Counted from the stretch's first letter, positions 8,756 to 18,831 are shown. The stretch is DNA of 64,000 nucleotides from an uncultured Alcaligenaceae bacterium (GCA_964444365.1 CAYUHJ010000009.1:5880-69879); one strand, 5' to 3'. The notes: generated by a model from the letters alone, not told the origin. Numbers and translations are program-made.

Positions 8756-9169
8756 TCACTTCCCGGCGTGGGCCACCATGTCCTGACACGCCTTCTGGCA
8801 GTCGCGGCAGGCCTTCGCGCACTGCTTCATGTGTTCGTCCTGCGGGTGCTTCTCACACGCGATCGCGCACTGCTCGCAGACCTTCGCGCAGGCGTCGCAA
8901 ATCTGCGCGGCATAGGGCCCGCCTTTCCCCACGATCTTCGCGGCGACGGCACACACGGCCGCACAATCCCCGCACGAGAGGACGGTGTCCTTGTGCTCCT
9001 TCTTCCCCTGAGCCACCATTTCCAGGCAATGTCGTTCGCACGTGTTGCAGGCCCGCATGCAATCGGTGCAGGCCTTCGCGCACTGCTCCATCACGGCGTG
9101 GTGCTCGTTGGCTTTCGACGGTTGGGCGGCGGACAGGCTCCATGCGGCCAGGGCTGCGAGTGCATACAT
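8756..9169 (-). CDS. Cysteine-rich four-helix-bundle copper-binding protein (DUF326/Csp-like) with an N-terminal signal peptide
   Basis: The ATG at 9169 gives MYALAALAAWSLSAAQP... There are 18 Cys in about 137 aa, arranged as repeated CxxxC/CxxC blocks (QCAKACTDCMRACNTCERHC, CGDCAAVCA, ICDACAKVCEQCAIAC, QCAKACRDCQKAC). Confidence 0.7.
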   Translation of the reverse strand: MYALAALAAWSLSAAQPSKANEHHAVMEQCAKACTDCMRACNTCERHCLEMVAQGKKEHKDTVLSCGDCAAVCAVAAKIVGKGGPYAAQICDACAKVCEQCAIACEKHPQDEHMKQCAKACRDCQKACQDMVAHAGK

Positions 9170-9232
9170 GGTCGTCTCCGGATCTATCAGGTGAGAGGTC
9201 GAAATGAATGGGTATGATTCACTGAGACGTGC

Positions 9233-9265
9233 AATGAGCCGGACCCTTGATGAGTCCGGCTCATT
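9233..9265 (-). terminator. Perfect 12-bp stem/9-nt loop hairpin downstream of the DUF883-like gene
   Basis: aatgagccggac-ccttgatga-gtccggctcatt, 23 nt after the stop at 9288. No U-tract follows on the minus strand, so intrinsic-terminator function is not assured. Confidence 0.4.
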
Positions 9266-9287
9266 CTCTGCGATACGACCCGGCCGT

Positions 9288-9677
9288 TTACGCCCGGCTG
9301 TTGGCGGCGCGGCCGAGGAGCAGGCCGACACCGAACCCGACGAGCAGGGCCGGAATCGGGTAGCGACGAACCATGTCGGTCACGTCCTTGCCGATGTCCT
9401 TGAGGTTGTCTTCGTACATGTGGCTGGCCCATTCGCCGGCTTGCCGCATGCCGTCCCGGGCGTCGTGCGCCCATTCGCCGGCCTTTTCCTGGGCCTTGCC
9501 GGCGTAGTCGGCGGCCGTGCTCGCGACCGACTGCGCCCGGTCGCGGACCGCGTCCACCACGTTGTGGGCGGCCCCTTGCGCGTTCTGCGCCCCGTTACCC
9601 GCCTGATCGGTCGCCTTCTTGGCCTGTTCGGCGGCGTGGTCGATCCCGGTCTTCACCTTGTCTTTCATGTCGGCCAT
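9288..9677 (-). CDS. Stress-type membrane-anchored protein (DUF883/ElaB/YqjD-like)
   Basis: Ala/Gln/Lys-rich helical N-terminus (MADMKDKVKTGIDHAAEQAKKATDQAG...) and a C-terminal anchor, RRYPIPALLVGFGVGLLLGR. Confidence 0.6.
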   Translation of the reverse strand: MADMKDKVKTGIDHAAEQAKKATDQAGNGAQNAQGAAHNVVDAVRDRAQSVASTAADYAGKAQEKAGEWAHDARDGMRQAGEWASHMYEDNLKDIGKDVTDMVRRYPIPALLVGFGVGLLLGRAANSRA

Positions 9678-9747
9678 GATGATTGTCCTCTTAAAAAGGT
9701 CCAGGGCACCAGCACTGCGACGTCAACGGGTGTGACGTGTGATGGAG

Positions 9748-11622
9748 TTATGCACGGCCCGTGCCAACGGCGGCGGGAACGGCCGTGCCTCGGGTGACGG
9801 GAGTCCCTCCCTGTACTTCGCTCACCTTCTGTTGAGATTGCAGCACCGAGAGCCAGGAAGTCAGTTGCGTCGCGGCCTCGTCCACGGACGTGTGGACGGA
9901 ATCCGCCCCCACGGCCGTAAGGTCCGTCTTCGCCTCGTCGAGTTCGTCGACCTGGCCCCACCGGCCGACCAGCAGTTTCAACTCGGGGAACCGGGCGTTG
10001 ACCCGCTTGCACAAGTACCGGGTGTGCGCCAGACCGCCGGGGGGGAGCGAGCTGACGCAGAGCACCGCGGGCCGGAACTCGGCGATCCGGGCGAGCAGTT
10101 CGGAAGTGAGCGTTTCGCTCGCCGCGACGTTGACTTCCCACTTGTCCGCGGGCAGCAGGCGGACCAGCATCCGAACGGCGACCTCGTCGGCCTCGTGACG
10201 GGCGGCGCAGGCCAGCACGCGGACCCGGTCCCCCTCGAACGAGATTCCGGCCCCGGACCCGAGCCCGGCCGCGTCGTCGGCGGTGTCCTCGGCGATCTCC
10301 CGGGTCGCGGCGAGGATGAACTTTTCGTCCCCGGGTTCGAGTTCGCCGTCCGCCGCCGCTTGCTGGGTCATGGTCAGGGCCGGCACGAAGACCGTGTCAC
10401 ACGTGACCCCGAAGGCCTTCTTCGCCGCCGCGCCCTCGGCCACCCGGGCCGCCTCGTCCTGGTCCCGGGCCGCGAGCCGCTGGAAGAACATCACCCCGGG
10501 TTCGAGCGGCGGGGAGTCGCCGAGCAGAATGTCCAGGAACTGCAACTGCGGGACGTACTTCCCGAGGACCACCAGACAGGTCGTCAGCGGGCCGGACAGG
10601 ATCAGCCCGATCGGCCCCCACAGGAACGACCAGAACGCCGCGGCCATCAACTGGGCCACCTCGGACATCCCCAGGCTGGCCCCGTAGAGCCACGGCTCGA
10701 AGACGTTGTTGCAGACCAGTTCCAGCGTGACGAAGAAGGCGAGCACGACGAGCGGCTCCGCGAACCCGTCCGTCGTGGCGAGCGAGAACAGCACCGGGGG
10801 GATGACGCCGATCCACGTTCCGATGTACGGCACGTACCGCATCAGGGTGGCCAGAAACCCCCAGAGCAGGGCGTACTCGACCCCCAGGATCAACAGCCCG
10901 ATCGAGATCACGACCCCGAACGAGGCGTTCAGGATCAGTTGCGTCAACAGATACCGGCTGATCCGCCGGGAGGCGTCGTCGACGGCCTTCGTCGCCTGGG
11001 TCACCCGGCCGTGGGCGATCACCCGGAGCAGGCGGTTCCGCAGGTCTTCCCGCTTCAGCAGCATGAACACGACGAGCACGAAGGCGAACGCGGCCTGCCC
11101 GGCGACCTCGGCCGCCAGCCCGGCCACCGGCTCGATGCGGGTCATCCACGACGTCGGCTGTTCGACGACCAGCTTCGGGGGCTCAAGGGGCGAGCCGGTC
11201 GGGGCCGGGGCGGCCGGCGGGGCAATGGTCTGCTGGATCTCGCCGAGGAACTTCAGCATCCGGCTCTCCCCGCCGCCCGCCCACTCGCGGACGGTGGTGA
11301 TCTTCCCCTTGATCCGTTCCGCGTTGTCCGGAAGGGTGCGCATCAACCCGGCGAGTTGCTGCCCGAGAACCCACCCGGTTCCGACTGACGCCAGGCCGGT
11401 CGCCGTCATCACGAGGAGGACGGCGGCGACCCGCGGCACCCGGCGACGTTGCAGGGCGTTGACCAGCGGCGCGAGCACGAAGGTGAAGAACACCGCGAGC
11501 GCGACCGGGATCAGGATCGCCCGGCCCCAGTAGAGCACGCCCACCAGAACGGCGGCGATGGTGACGGCGGACAGGGCGACGAGGGCCCGTTGCCAGTCCG
11601 GGCGGAAGGTGACGCGGGTCAT
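9748..11622 (-). CDS. AI-2E (PerM/YhhT) family permease fused to a C-terminal cobalamin-binding-like module (helical cap plus Rossmann B12-binding fold)
   Basis: About 360 aa of polytopic permease come first. FFQRLAARDQDEAARVAEGAAAKKAFGVTCDTVFVPALTMTQQAAADGELEPGDEKF is like the B12-binding_2 cap. RVRVLACAARHEADEVAVRMLVRLLPADKWEVNVAASETLTSELLARIAEFRPAVLCVSSL...LKLLVGRWG is like the B12-binding Rossmann fold. The canonical DxHxxG is not intact (RHEADE). Confidence 0.65.
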   Translation of the reverse strand: MTRVTFRPDWQRALVALSAVTIAAVLVGVLYWGRAILIPVALAVFFTFVLAPLVNALQRRRVPRVAAVLLVMTATGLASVGTGWVLGQQLAGLMRTLPDNAERIKGKITTVREWAGGGESRMLKFLGEIQQTIAPPAAPAPTGSPLEPPKLVVEQPTSWMTRIEPVAGLAAEVAGQAAFAFVLVVFMLLKREDLRNRLLRVIAHGRVTQATKAVDDASRRISRYLLTQLILNASFGVVISIGLLILGVEYALLWGFLATLMRYVPYIGTWIGVIPPVLFSLATTDGFAEPLVVLAFFVTLELVCNNVFEPWLYGASLGMSEVAQLMAAAFWSFLWGPIGLILSGPLTTCLVVLGKYVPQLQFLDILLGDSPPLEPGVMFFQRLAARDQDEAARVAEGAAAKKAFGVTCDTVFVPALTMTQQAAADGELEPGDEKFILAATREIAEDTADDAAGLGSGAGISFEGDRVRVLACAARHEADEVAVRMLVRLLPADKWEVNVAASETLTSELLARIAEFRPAVLCVSSLPPGGLAHTRYLCKRVNARFPELKLLVGRWGQVDELDEAKTDLTAVGADSVHTSVDEAATQLTSWLSVLQSQQKVSEVQGGTPVTRGTAVPAAVGTGRA

Positions 11623-11740
11623 GGTCCGGGGTCCTGACGGTGCCGGCGCGGGATCGCGCGGGTCGCGAGGGACGGAGCAACCGAAGTGCCACCGCGGGGA
11701 CAGGCCGTTCCGGGCCGCGTGCGGGCGAGCGGTTCGCCCC

Positions 11741-11756
11741 TGGCACGCCGCGTGCT
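11741..11756 (+). promoter_or_regulatory. Sigma54-type -24/-12 promoter candidate
   Basis: TGGCACGCCGCGTGCT versus the consensus TGGCACG-N4-TTGCW: one mismatch, correct GG-N10-GC spacing. It is intergenic, 46 nt upstream of the ATG at 11802. Confidence 0.5.
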
Positions 11757-11801
11757 TCGAGATCCCACGGCTGGAACTGTCACATTCGAGAGAACCCTGT
11801 C

Positions 11802-12035
11802 ATGAAATACACCGGAATCGCCCTGCTCGTTCTGGGCCTGGGGATGGCGCTGTTCGGCGGTCTTTCTGCGGTCGCGCAGGCCGACTCCGTCGATAGCCGG
11901 CCGACAGACATGATGATCGGCAACATCCTGGTGCCGGTCGCGTTCGGGCTGATGGTCGGAACCGTCGGGGCGGCGATGTACTTCTACGGCGGGCGGGGGT
12001 ACATGCAGACGCGGAACCCCGCGGTGAGAAATTAG
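11802..12035 (+). CDS. Small two-TM membrane protein (77 aa, possibly DUF3185-like)
   Basis: The ATG at 11802 gives MKYTGIALLVLGLGMALFGGLSAV...ILVPVAFGLMVGTVGAAMYFYGG. Codon third positions are GC-rich and a sigma54-like promoter precedes it. Confidence 0.55.
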   Translation: MKYTGIALLVLGLGMALFGGLSAVAQADSVDSRPTDMMIGNILVPVAFGLMVGTVGAAMYFYGGRGYMQTRNPAVRN

Positions 12036-12163
12036 CGGCAAACGCTGTAAGGCCCGAACCGCCGGGCCGCTACAGACCGGTGTTCCCAGTCTCCCTGCTC
12101 ATCCCCCCGCCCCTGAGGGGTCTCGTCCCAACCCACGTTATCATCCGCTCGACACAGGACGGC

Positions 12164-13384
12164 TCAAGCGGATGGGTCACGTTCTTCGTCCGGGGGTTCA
12201 TCCCCCGGACGGTCTTTTCCGGCGAGCGGGAGGCGGACCACAAAGGTTGCCCCCAACCCGATCCCGTCACTGGCCGCGTCGATCGTGCCGCTGTGGAGTT
12301 CGACGAGCCGCTTGGCGAGGGCGAGGCCGATCCCGAGCCCGCCGTCGGTCCGGTTCAGGTTCCGGTCGACCTGGGTGAACAGTTCGAAGACGTGGGGCAG
12401 TGCGTCCGGGGGGATGCCGACGCCGGTGTCCCGTACCCGGACCGCGGCGTGGGAACCGTCTTGCGCGGCGGTCACCCGCACGTCCCCTCCGGACTCCGTG
12501 TACTTGGCCGCGTTGTTCAGCAGATTCGCGAACACCTGCGCCAGCCGGACCCGGTCCCCGCTCACCCAGATGGGGTCCGTCGGCAACTCTACGGCCAGCC
12601 TCAACCCGGCCTTGGTGAGTGCGGGGGTGCTCGCTTCGACGGCCACCTCGATCGGCTCGGCGAGGGACAGGCGTTCCTTGGTCAGCCGGAGTTTCCCGCG
12701 GGTGATGCGGGACACGTCGAGCAAGTCGTCGATGAGCCGGACCATCTGGCGGATCTGGCGGTCCATGATCTGCCGGGCCTGGTCGCCGGCGGCGGGGTTG
12801 GTCCCGCCGAGCCGGAGGATTTCCAGCGCGTTGCGGATGGGCGCGAGCGGGTTCCGCAGCTCGTGGGCGAGGGTGGCCAGGAACTCGTCCTTGCGGCGGT
12901 CCCCCTCGACGAGTGCCGCGTTCGCCCGGGCGAGTTCGGCCGTCCGCTCCCGGACCTGCTGGGCGAGGTCGGCCTCGTACCGCTTGCGGAGGAGGGCGTA
13001 CCGGACGGCCCGCTCCAGCAGGGTGGCGTCGAGCTTGCCCTTTTCCAGGTAGTCGTCGGCCCCGGCGGCGGCGGCCGCGAGGTCGATCTCCGACGCCGAC
13101 TGCCCCGTCAGCAGAATGATCGCGGCCGTCGACCCGGCCGTCCGGACTTCCGCCAGGAGGTCGAGCCCGGTCTTCGGCCCGAGCCGGTAGTCGAGCAGAC
13201 ACACGTCGTGCTGGCCGGCCAGGACGGCGGTCAGCCCGGACTCGTAGTCCGGTGCCCAGTCGAGCTTGTACCGGTCGCCGCGGATGTCGGCGAGCAGGTC
13301 CCGCGTCAGGACGTAGTCGTCGCGGTCGTCGTCGATCAGGAGCACCCGGACCGGGGGGCTACCGGGTAGGCTGTTCATCGACAT
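12164..13384 (-). CDS. Hybrid histidine kinase (REC-HisKA-HATPase_c)
   Basis: Receiver: VRVLLIDDDRDDYVLTRDLL...DVCLLDYRLG. H-box: FLATLAHELRNPLAPI. N/G boxes: NLLNNAAKYT and DTGVGIPP...GGLGIGLALAKRLVELHSG. Confidence 0.85.
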   Translation of the reverse strand: MSMNSLPGSPPVRVLLIDDDRDDYVLTRDLLADIRGDRYKLDWAPDYESGLTAVLAGQHDVCLLDYRLGPKTGLDLLAEVRTAGSTAAIILLTGQSASEIDLAAAAAGADDYLEKGKLDATLLERAVRYALLRKRYEADLAQQVRERTAELARANAALVEGDRRKDEFLATLAHELRNPLAPIRNALEILRLGGTNPAAGDQARQIMDRQIRQMVRLIDDLLDVSRITRGKLRLTKERLSLAEPIEVAVEASTPALTKAGLRLAVELPTDPIWVSGDRVRLAQVFANLLNNAAKYTESGGDVRVTAAQDGSHAAVRVRDTGVGIPPDALPHVFELFTQVDRNLNRTDGGLGIGLALAKRLVELHSGTIDAASDGIGLGATFVVRLPLAGKDRPGDEPPDEERDPSA

Positions 13385-13820
13385 GGTCGGGCAGCTCCAC
13401 GATCTCCAGCCAGTACCGACCGATGGTCCGGATAACTTCGACGAGGGCGTCGAACGTGACCGGCTTGGCGATGTACGAGGCGGCGGAGAGGTCGTACACG
13501 CGGAGGACGTCTTCCTCCGCCTTGGACGTGGTCATGATGATGATGCGGATCGCCCGGAACCGGGGGTCGGCCTTGATCTCGGCCAGGGCCTCGCGGCCGT
13601 CCTTCCGCGGCATGTTCAGGTCGAGCAGGATGATCCCTGGCCGGGGAGAGCTTGCCGGGTCCGCATACCTCCCGCGGCGGTTGAGATAGTCGAGCAGCTC
13701 GACCCCGTCCTCGACGAACCGCAGGTCGTTCGCCAGTCGGGCCTCCTCGAAGGCTTCTCGCGTCAGCGCCCGGTCGTCGGGGTCGTCGTCCGCGACCAGG
13801 ATCGTGATCGGCTTCGTCAT
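13359..13820 (-). CDS. Stand-alone response-regulator receiver protein
   Basis: The ATG at 13820 gives MTKPITILVADDDPDDRALTREAF...ILLDLNMPRKDGREALAEIK...IIIMTTS...SYIAKPV. No output domain is present. Confidence 0.85.
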   Translation of the reverse strand: MTKPITILVADDDPDDRALTREAFEEARLANDLRFVEDGVELLDYLNRRGRYADPASSPRPGIILLDLNMPRKDGREALAEIKADPRFRAIRIIIMTTSKAEEDVLRVYDLSAASYIAKPVTFDALVEVIRTIGRYWLEIVELPDHVDEQPTR

Positions 13821-13839
13821 CGTCGTCTCGTAAGGTACG

Positions 13840-16227
13840 TCAGGCGGGGAGGTCGATGACGATCGTCGCCCCGGTGCCCGGAACGCCCCGGGCGGCGATC
13901 GCCCCGCCGTGACGTTCGACAATCTTACGGCAAATCGCGAGCCCGATCCCGCTCCCTTCGTACTCGGCCCGGCCCTGGAGCCGCTGGAACACCTCGAAGA
14001 TCCGTTCCGCGTAGGCCTGCTCGAAGCCGATCCCGTTGTCGGCGACGGTCACCCGCCAGACCGCACTGTCGGCCGGCAGCGGGGCGGCGTCGGCCGGGAG
14101 TTCGCCGACCCGGCAGGCCGACACCGTGACGACCGGGGGCACGTCCGGCTTGTGGAACTTCAGCGCGTTCCCGAGCAGGTTCACGAACAGTTGCCGGAAC
14201 TGGCCGGGGTCGGCGGCAGAGAGCGTCGGGAGCGGCCCGATGTCGATCCGGCCTCCGGTCTGCGCGAGGCGAATCTCCAGGTCCGAGACGGCGTCCCGGG
14301 CGACCTCGGCCAGGTCGACGGGCTCGAACGTCCTGCCCCGCGTCGTCACCCGCGACAGCGACAGCAGGTCGTCGATCAAGACCCGCATTCGGGCGGCCGA
14401 CGCCAGCATCCGGTCGAGGTACTCTTTCCCCTGGTCGCCGAGCTCGGCCCGGTACTTCTTCGCCAGCCGGTCGCCGAACGCCTGAATCTTCCGGAGCGGC
14501 TCCTGCAGGTCGTGCGAGGCGACGTACGCGAACTGTTCCAGCTCGGCGTTGCTCGACGCCAGCGCCTTTTGTTGCTCCGTCAGCAGTGCCGTCCGATCGC
14601 GGACGAGGGCTTCCAAGTGTTCCGCCTCCCGCTTCTGGTCGTCGATGTCGGTACACGTCCCCACCCATCGGGTGACCGCACCGGCTTCGTCCTTCTGCGG
14701 AACGCCCCGCACCTTGAACCACCGGTAGCGATCGTGCCGACTGCGGATGCGAAACTCCACGTCGTACGCCGCGGTTCCGGCCACGGCCTTTTCCCACACC
14801 CGAAGGGTCGGGTCGCGGTCGTCCGGGTGGAGGCTCTCGAGCCAGCCGAAGCCCAGGTGGTTCGCGACCGGCACGCCGGTGTACTCCACCCATTGCCGGC
14901 TGAGGTAGTTGCACTCCCCGGAAGGGGACGTGGTCCAGACCATCTGGGGCGTCGCTTCGGTCAGGGTGCGGAACAGTTCCTCGCTGGCTTGAAGTTCGGA
15001 CTGAAGTCGTTTGACCTCATCGATATCTGTGCAAGTCCCGAACCACTGAACTACGTCTCCGCGTTCGTCCCGACGGGGCACCGCGCGGCCGATGAACCAC
15101 CGATACCGGCCGTCTCGACCCCGGAAGCGGTATTCGATCTCGTAGGGCTCCCCGGTGTCGGTGGCAAGCTTCCAGCGGGCCTCTGCCCGGGCCTTGTCGT
15201 CCGGGTGGAGTGGCCCACTCCAGCCGAAGCCGAGGCTCTCTTCGACGCTCTGGCCGGTGTACTCGTACCAACGCTGGTTGTAGTATTCGTGGTATCCGTC
15301 GGAACGGGTCACCCAGACAATTTGAGGAACCGATTCACTCAACAGTCGGAAGCGAGCTTCGCTTTCTTCGAGGTCCAGGGCCGCTTGAATGCGGATCGCG
15401 GCGTCCCGCTGCAGTTCCAATTGAGACCGGGCAAGAGCGTCGTTCGATTCCCGCAACTCGGCTAGAGTCTGGGAAACTTGCCGGCGGGCGTTCCGCTGCG
15501 CCTCTCCGAGCAACCCGACGGCGATCCCGCAAAACAAGAATGCCCCGGTGGCGATCTGATCCCGCGCCGCCGGAAGTTGCATCGTGCCACGGGGTTCGAT
15601 GAAGAAGTACACGGTCCCGACCAGCGTCCCGAGAAGGGTCAGCAGCGCGGGTCCGAACCCCCACCGCCACGCGAGGTAGACGACCGCCGTGAGCGGCAGG
15701 ATGTACAACTTTTCCCAGTCCAACAACGGGTCCAGCAGCGACCGGACGGCCAAACTCACGGCGATTGCGAGTACCGCCACAATGTACGCCGGTGCGCGAG
15801 CGTCCGACCACTCGTGGGGAACGGTGGGGGATCGGGGTTCGACCAGGCCCCGGTGGTCGACGAGCGCGAGCACCTTGGGGACCGCCGGGATCAGGGCCAC
15901 CACCGTCCCCCACGAGACGACCGCCGTGACCAGTTTCACGAGCCCCCCGAGCCGGTAGGCGGGGTAGTCGAACATGAGGGCTTCGAAAAAGTGGGTGAAG
16001 CCGCACGCGAGAATGAATGCCCCGAACAGCCAGAACAGGTGGTGGAACGGCAGCCCCCGCCGCTGCCGGGCGAAAAACCCGAGAACCACTGGGATAGAGA
16101 GGTACGCGAGCCAGATCAGCAGGTCGGACCCCCGGTGGAGCCAGATCAACCCCGTCGTCCAGTCGCCGCACGTTTTCCGGGGCACGAACCCGTCCGTGAC
16201 GAAGAGGTGGCGGAAAAACTCGAACAT
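13840..16227 (-). CDS. Membrane sensor histidine kinase: ethylene-receptor-like N-terminal TM domain, DUF4118-like TM block, two PAS domains, HisKA, HATPase_c
   Basis: N-terminus: GSDLLIWLAYLSIP...FGAFILACGFTH...KLVTAVVS (see findings). PAS-like: VWVTRSDGYHEYYNQRWYEYTG and MVWTTSPSGECNYLSRQWVEYTG. H-box: FAYVASHDLQEPLRKI. ATPase: NLLGNALKF...DNGIGFE...GSGIGLAICRKIVERHGG. Confidence 0.85.
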   Translation of the reverse strand: MFEFFRHLFVTDGFVPRKTCGDWTTGLIWLHRGSDLLIWLAYLSIPVVLGFFARQRRGLPFHHLFWLFGAFILACGFTHFFEALMFDYPAYRLGGLVKLVTAVVSWGTVVALIPAVPKVLALVDHRGLVEPRSPTVPHEWSDARAPAYIVAVLAIAVSLAVRSLLDPLLDWEKLYILPLTAVVYLAWRWGFGPALLTLLGTLVGTVYFFIEPRGTMQLPAARDQIATGAFLFCGIAVGLLGEAQRNARRQVSQTLAELRESNDALARSQLELQRDAAIRIQAALDLEESEARFRLLSESVPQIVWVTRSDGYHEYYNQRWYEYTGQSVEESLGFGWSGPLHPDDKARAEARWKLATDTGEPYEIEYRFRGRDGRYRWFIGRAVPRRDERGDVVQWFGTCTDIDEVKRLQSELQASEELFRTLTEATPQMVWTTSPSGECNYLSRQWVEYTGVPVANHLGFGWLESLHPDDRDPTLRVWEKAVAGTAAYDVEFRIRSRHDRYRWFKVRGVPQKDEAGAVTRWVGTCTDIDDQKREAEHLEALVRDRTALLTEQQKALASSNAELEQFAYVASHDLQEPLRKIQAFGDRLAKKYRAELGDQGKEYLDRMLASAARMRVLIDDLLSLSRVTTRGRTFEPVDLAEVARDAVSDLEIRLAQTGGRIDIGPLPTLSAADPGQFRQLFVNLLGNALKFHKPDVPPVVTVSACRVGELPADAAPLPADSAVWRVTVADNGIGFEQAYAERIFEVFQRLQGRAEYEGSGIGLAICRKIVERHGGAIAARGVPGTGATIVIDLPA

Positions 16228-16310
16228 GGCGACTCCGTCCCGTTCCGGTCTGCGAGAGGCGACCCGGTTGGTAGAATCCTAGCGGGCTACTCTTACACGT
16301 GGCAGAAATT

Positions 16311-16326
16311 TGGCGCGCCGCTTGCA
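16311..16326 (+). promoter_or_regulatory. Sigma54-type -24/-12 promoter candidate upstream of the NtrC-family activator
   Basis: TGGCGCGCCGCTTGCA versus the consensus TGGCACG-N4-TTGCW: one mismatch, correct GG-N10-GC spacing. It is about 70 nt upstream of the ATG at 16397 and has the same CCGC spacer as the 11741 site. Confidence 0.5.
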
Positions 16327-16396
16327 GGCAAATCTTCGCTCAGCAGGAAGCACGCTGCGTGCTCTCGAGAATCCCCCCGCCCGGGTCGAGCCGCTC

Positions 16397-17824
<1,428 letters not shown>

Positions 17825-17836
17825 CGACAACCGCCG

Positions 17837-18757
17837 TCAGCCCCCGCGGGGTCCGGCTTTCCACAGATACACGTCCTGCGAGTCGAACGGCCGAAACCCG
17901 TGCCGCTCGTAGAGCCGCAGGGCGGGGGCGTTCCGCACGTCGACGCTGAGGGTCAGCCACTCGGCCCCGGTGCCGCCGGCGTGGCGCAGGGTGAACCGCA
18001 GGCACTCGTCCCCGTGCCCCCGGCCGCGTGCGTCGGGAACCAACCCGACGTAACTCAACTCCGCCGTCGCCGCCCGGTTGGGCGGGCCGAACAGCAGCAC
18101 GCCGACCGGTTCGCCCCGGCAGGAGATGAGAAACCAGTCCGGGCGCTCCGTCGCCGACGCCCCCGCGGCGTACCCGGCGAGGACCTCCTCGCCGCTGCGA
18201 GTGCCGTTCAACTCGGGGCAGTCGAGGGTGCCTTCGTAAGTCGCAAGCAACACCGCGGCGAACTCGCGGGTCGGGCCGGGCACGGGGGTGAACTTGACCC
18301 GGCACGCGGCCGGGTCGAACGCCGGGAGCCCCGCCAGCCCCGGAATCGGACGGGACAGGAACGTCAGCTCCGTGACCCGGCGGAAGCCGACCCGTTCCAG
18401 GGCGGCGAAGCGCTCCCGGACGGCTTCCCGGCCGAAGGCGTGGGCGACCGTCACGCCGGACCCGGAGATCCGTTGAACTACCGCGTCGGCGACGGCGGCT
18501 GCGACGGTGTCGTCTTCTGCCCACGGCGGCCACGCCGCGGACGTGTTACCCGGCAACAGTTGGACCATCGCCGCTCCGACGACCCGGCCCGACCGTCGCG
18601 CCACGATCAATCCCGACGGATCGAGTTGCCCGGCTTCGAGCTGCCCGACGACCCGAGCCACGCTCGACGTGCGTTCCGGCTCCGGGGTGTGCGACACCAA
18701 CACGCGAACGGCGGCCGGCCAGTCCGCGGCGTCGGCGACGGAAGTGATGACGGACAT
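17837..18757 (-). CDS. Double-GNAT N-acetyltransferase (mycothiol-synthase-like architecture)
   Basis: Two acetyltransferase-like halves; the C-terminal half has VGLVPDARGRGHGDECLRFTL...RLYERHGF. Confidence 0.65.
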   Translation of the reverse strand: MSVITSVADAADWPAAVRVLVSHTPEPERTSSVARVVGQLEAGQLDPSGLIVARRSGRVVGAAMVQLLPGNTSAAWPPWAEDDTVAAAVADAVVQRISGSGVTVAHAFGREAVRERFAALERVGFRRVTELTFLSRPIPGLAGLPAFDPAACRVKFTPVPGPTREFAAVLLATYEGTLDCPELNGTRSGEEVLAGYAAGASATERPDWFLISCRGEPVGVLLFGPPNRAATAELSYVGLVPDARGRGHGDECLRFTLRHAGGTGAEWLTLSVDVRNAPALRLYERHGFRPFDSQDVYLWKAGPRGG

Positions 18758-18831
18758 GGAGGCGATCGGGAAGAACGAACAAGGCGGCGGGCACGCCCAC
18801 CGCCTTCAACGTTTGACTGGGGAGGATGGGG

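Noticed and set aside
11623-11800. Possible cobalamin riboswitch in front of the permease/B12-domain fusion gene.
   Set aside because: Reading the minus-strand leader, I found no B12-box-like core or the conserved flanking elements. The region instead carries a plus-strand sigma54-type promoter for the divergent small gene.
16300-16315. A second, overlapping sigma54-like match, TGGCAGAAATTTGGCG, just upstream of the better site.
   Set aside because: It has a poorer -12 element (TGGC instead of TTGC) and more mismatches. The adjacent 16311-16326 match is near consensus, so only that one is reported.
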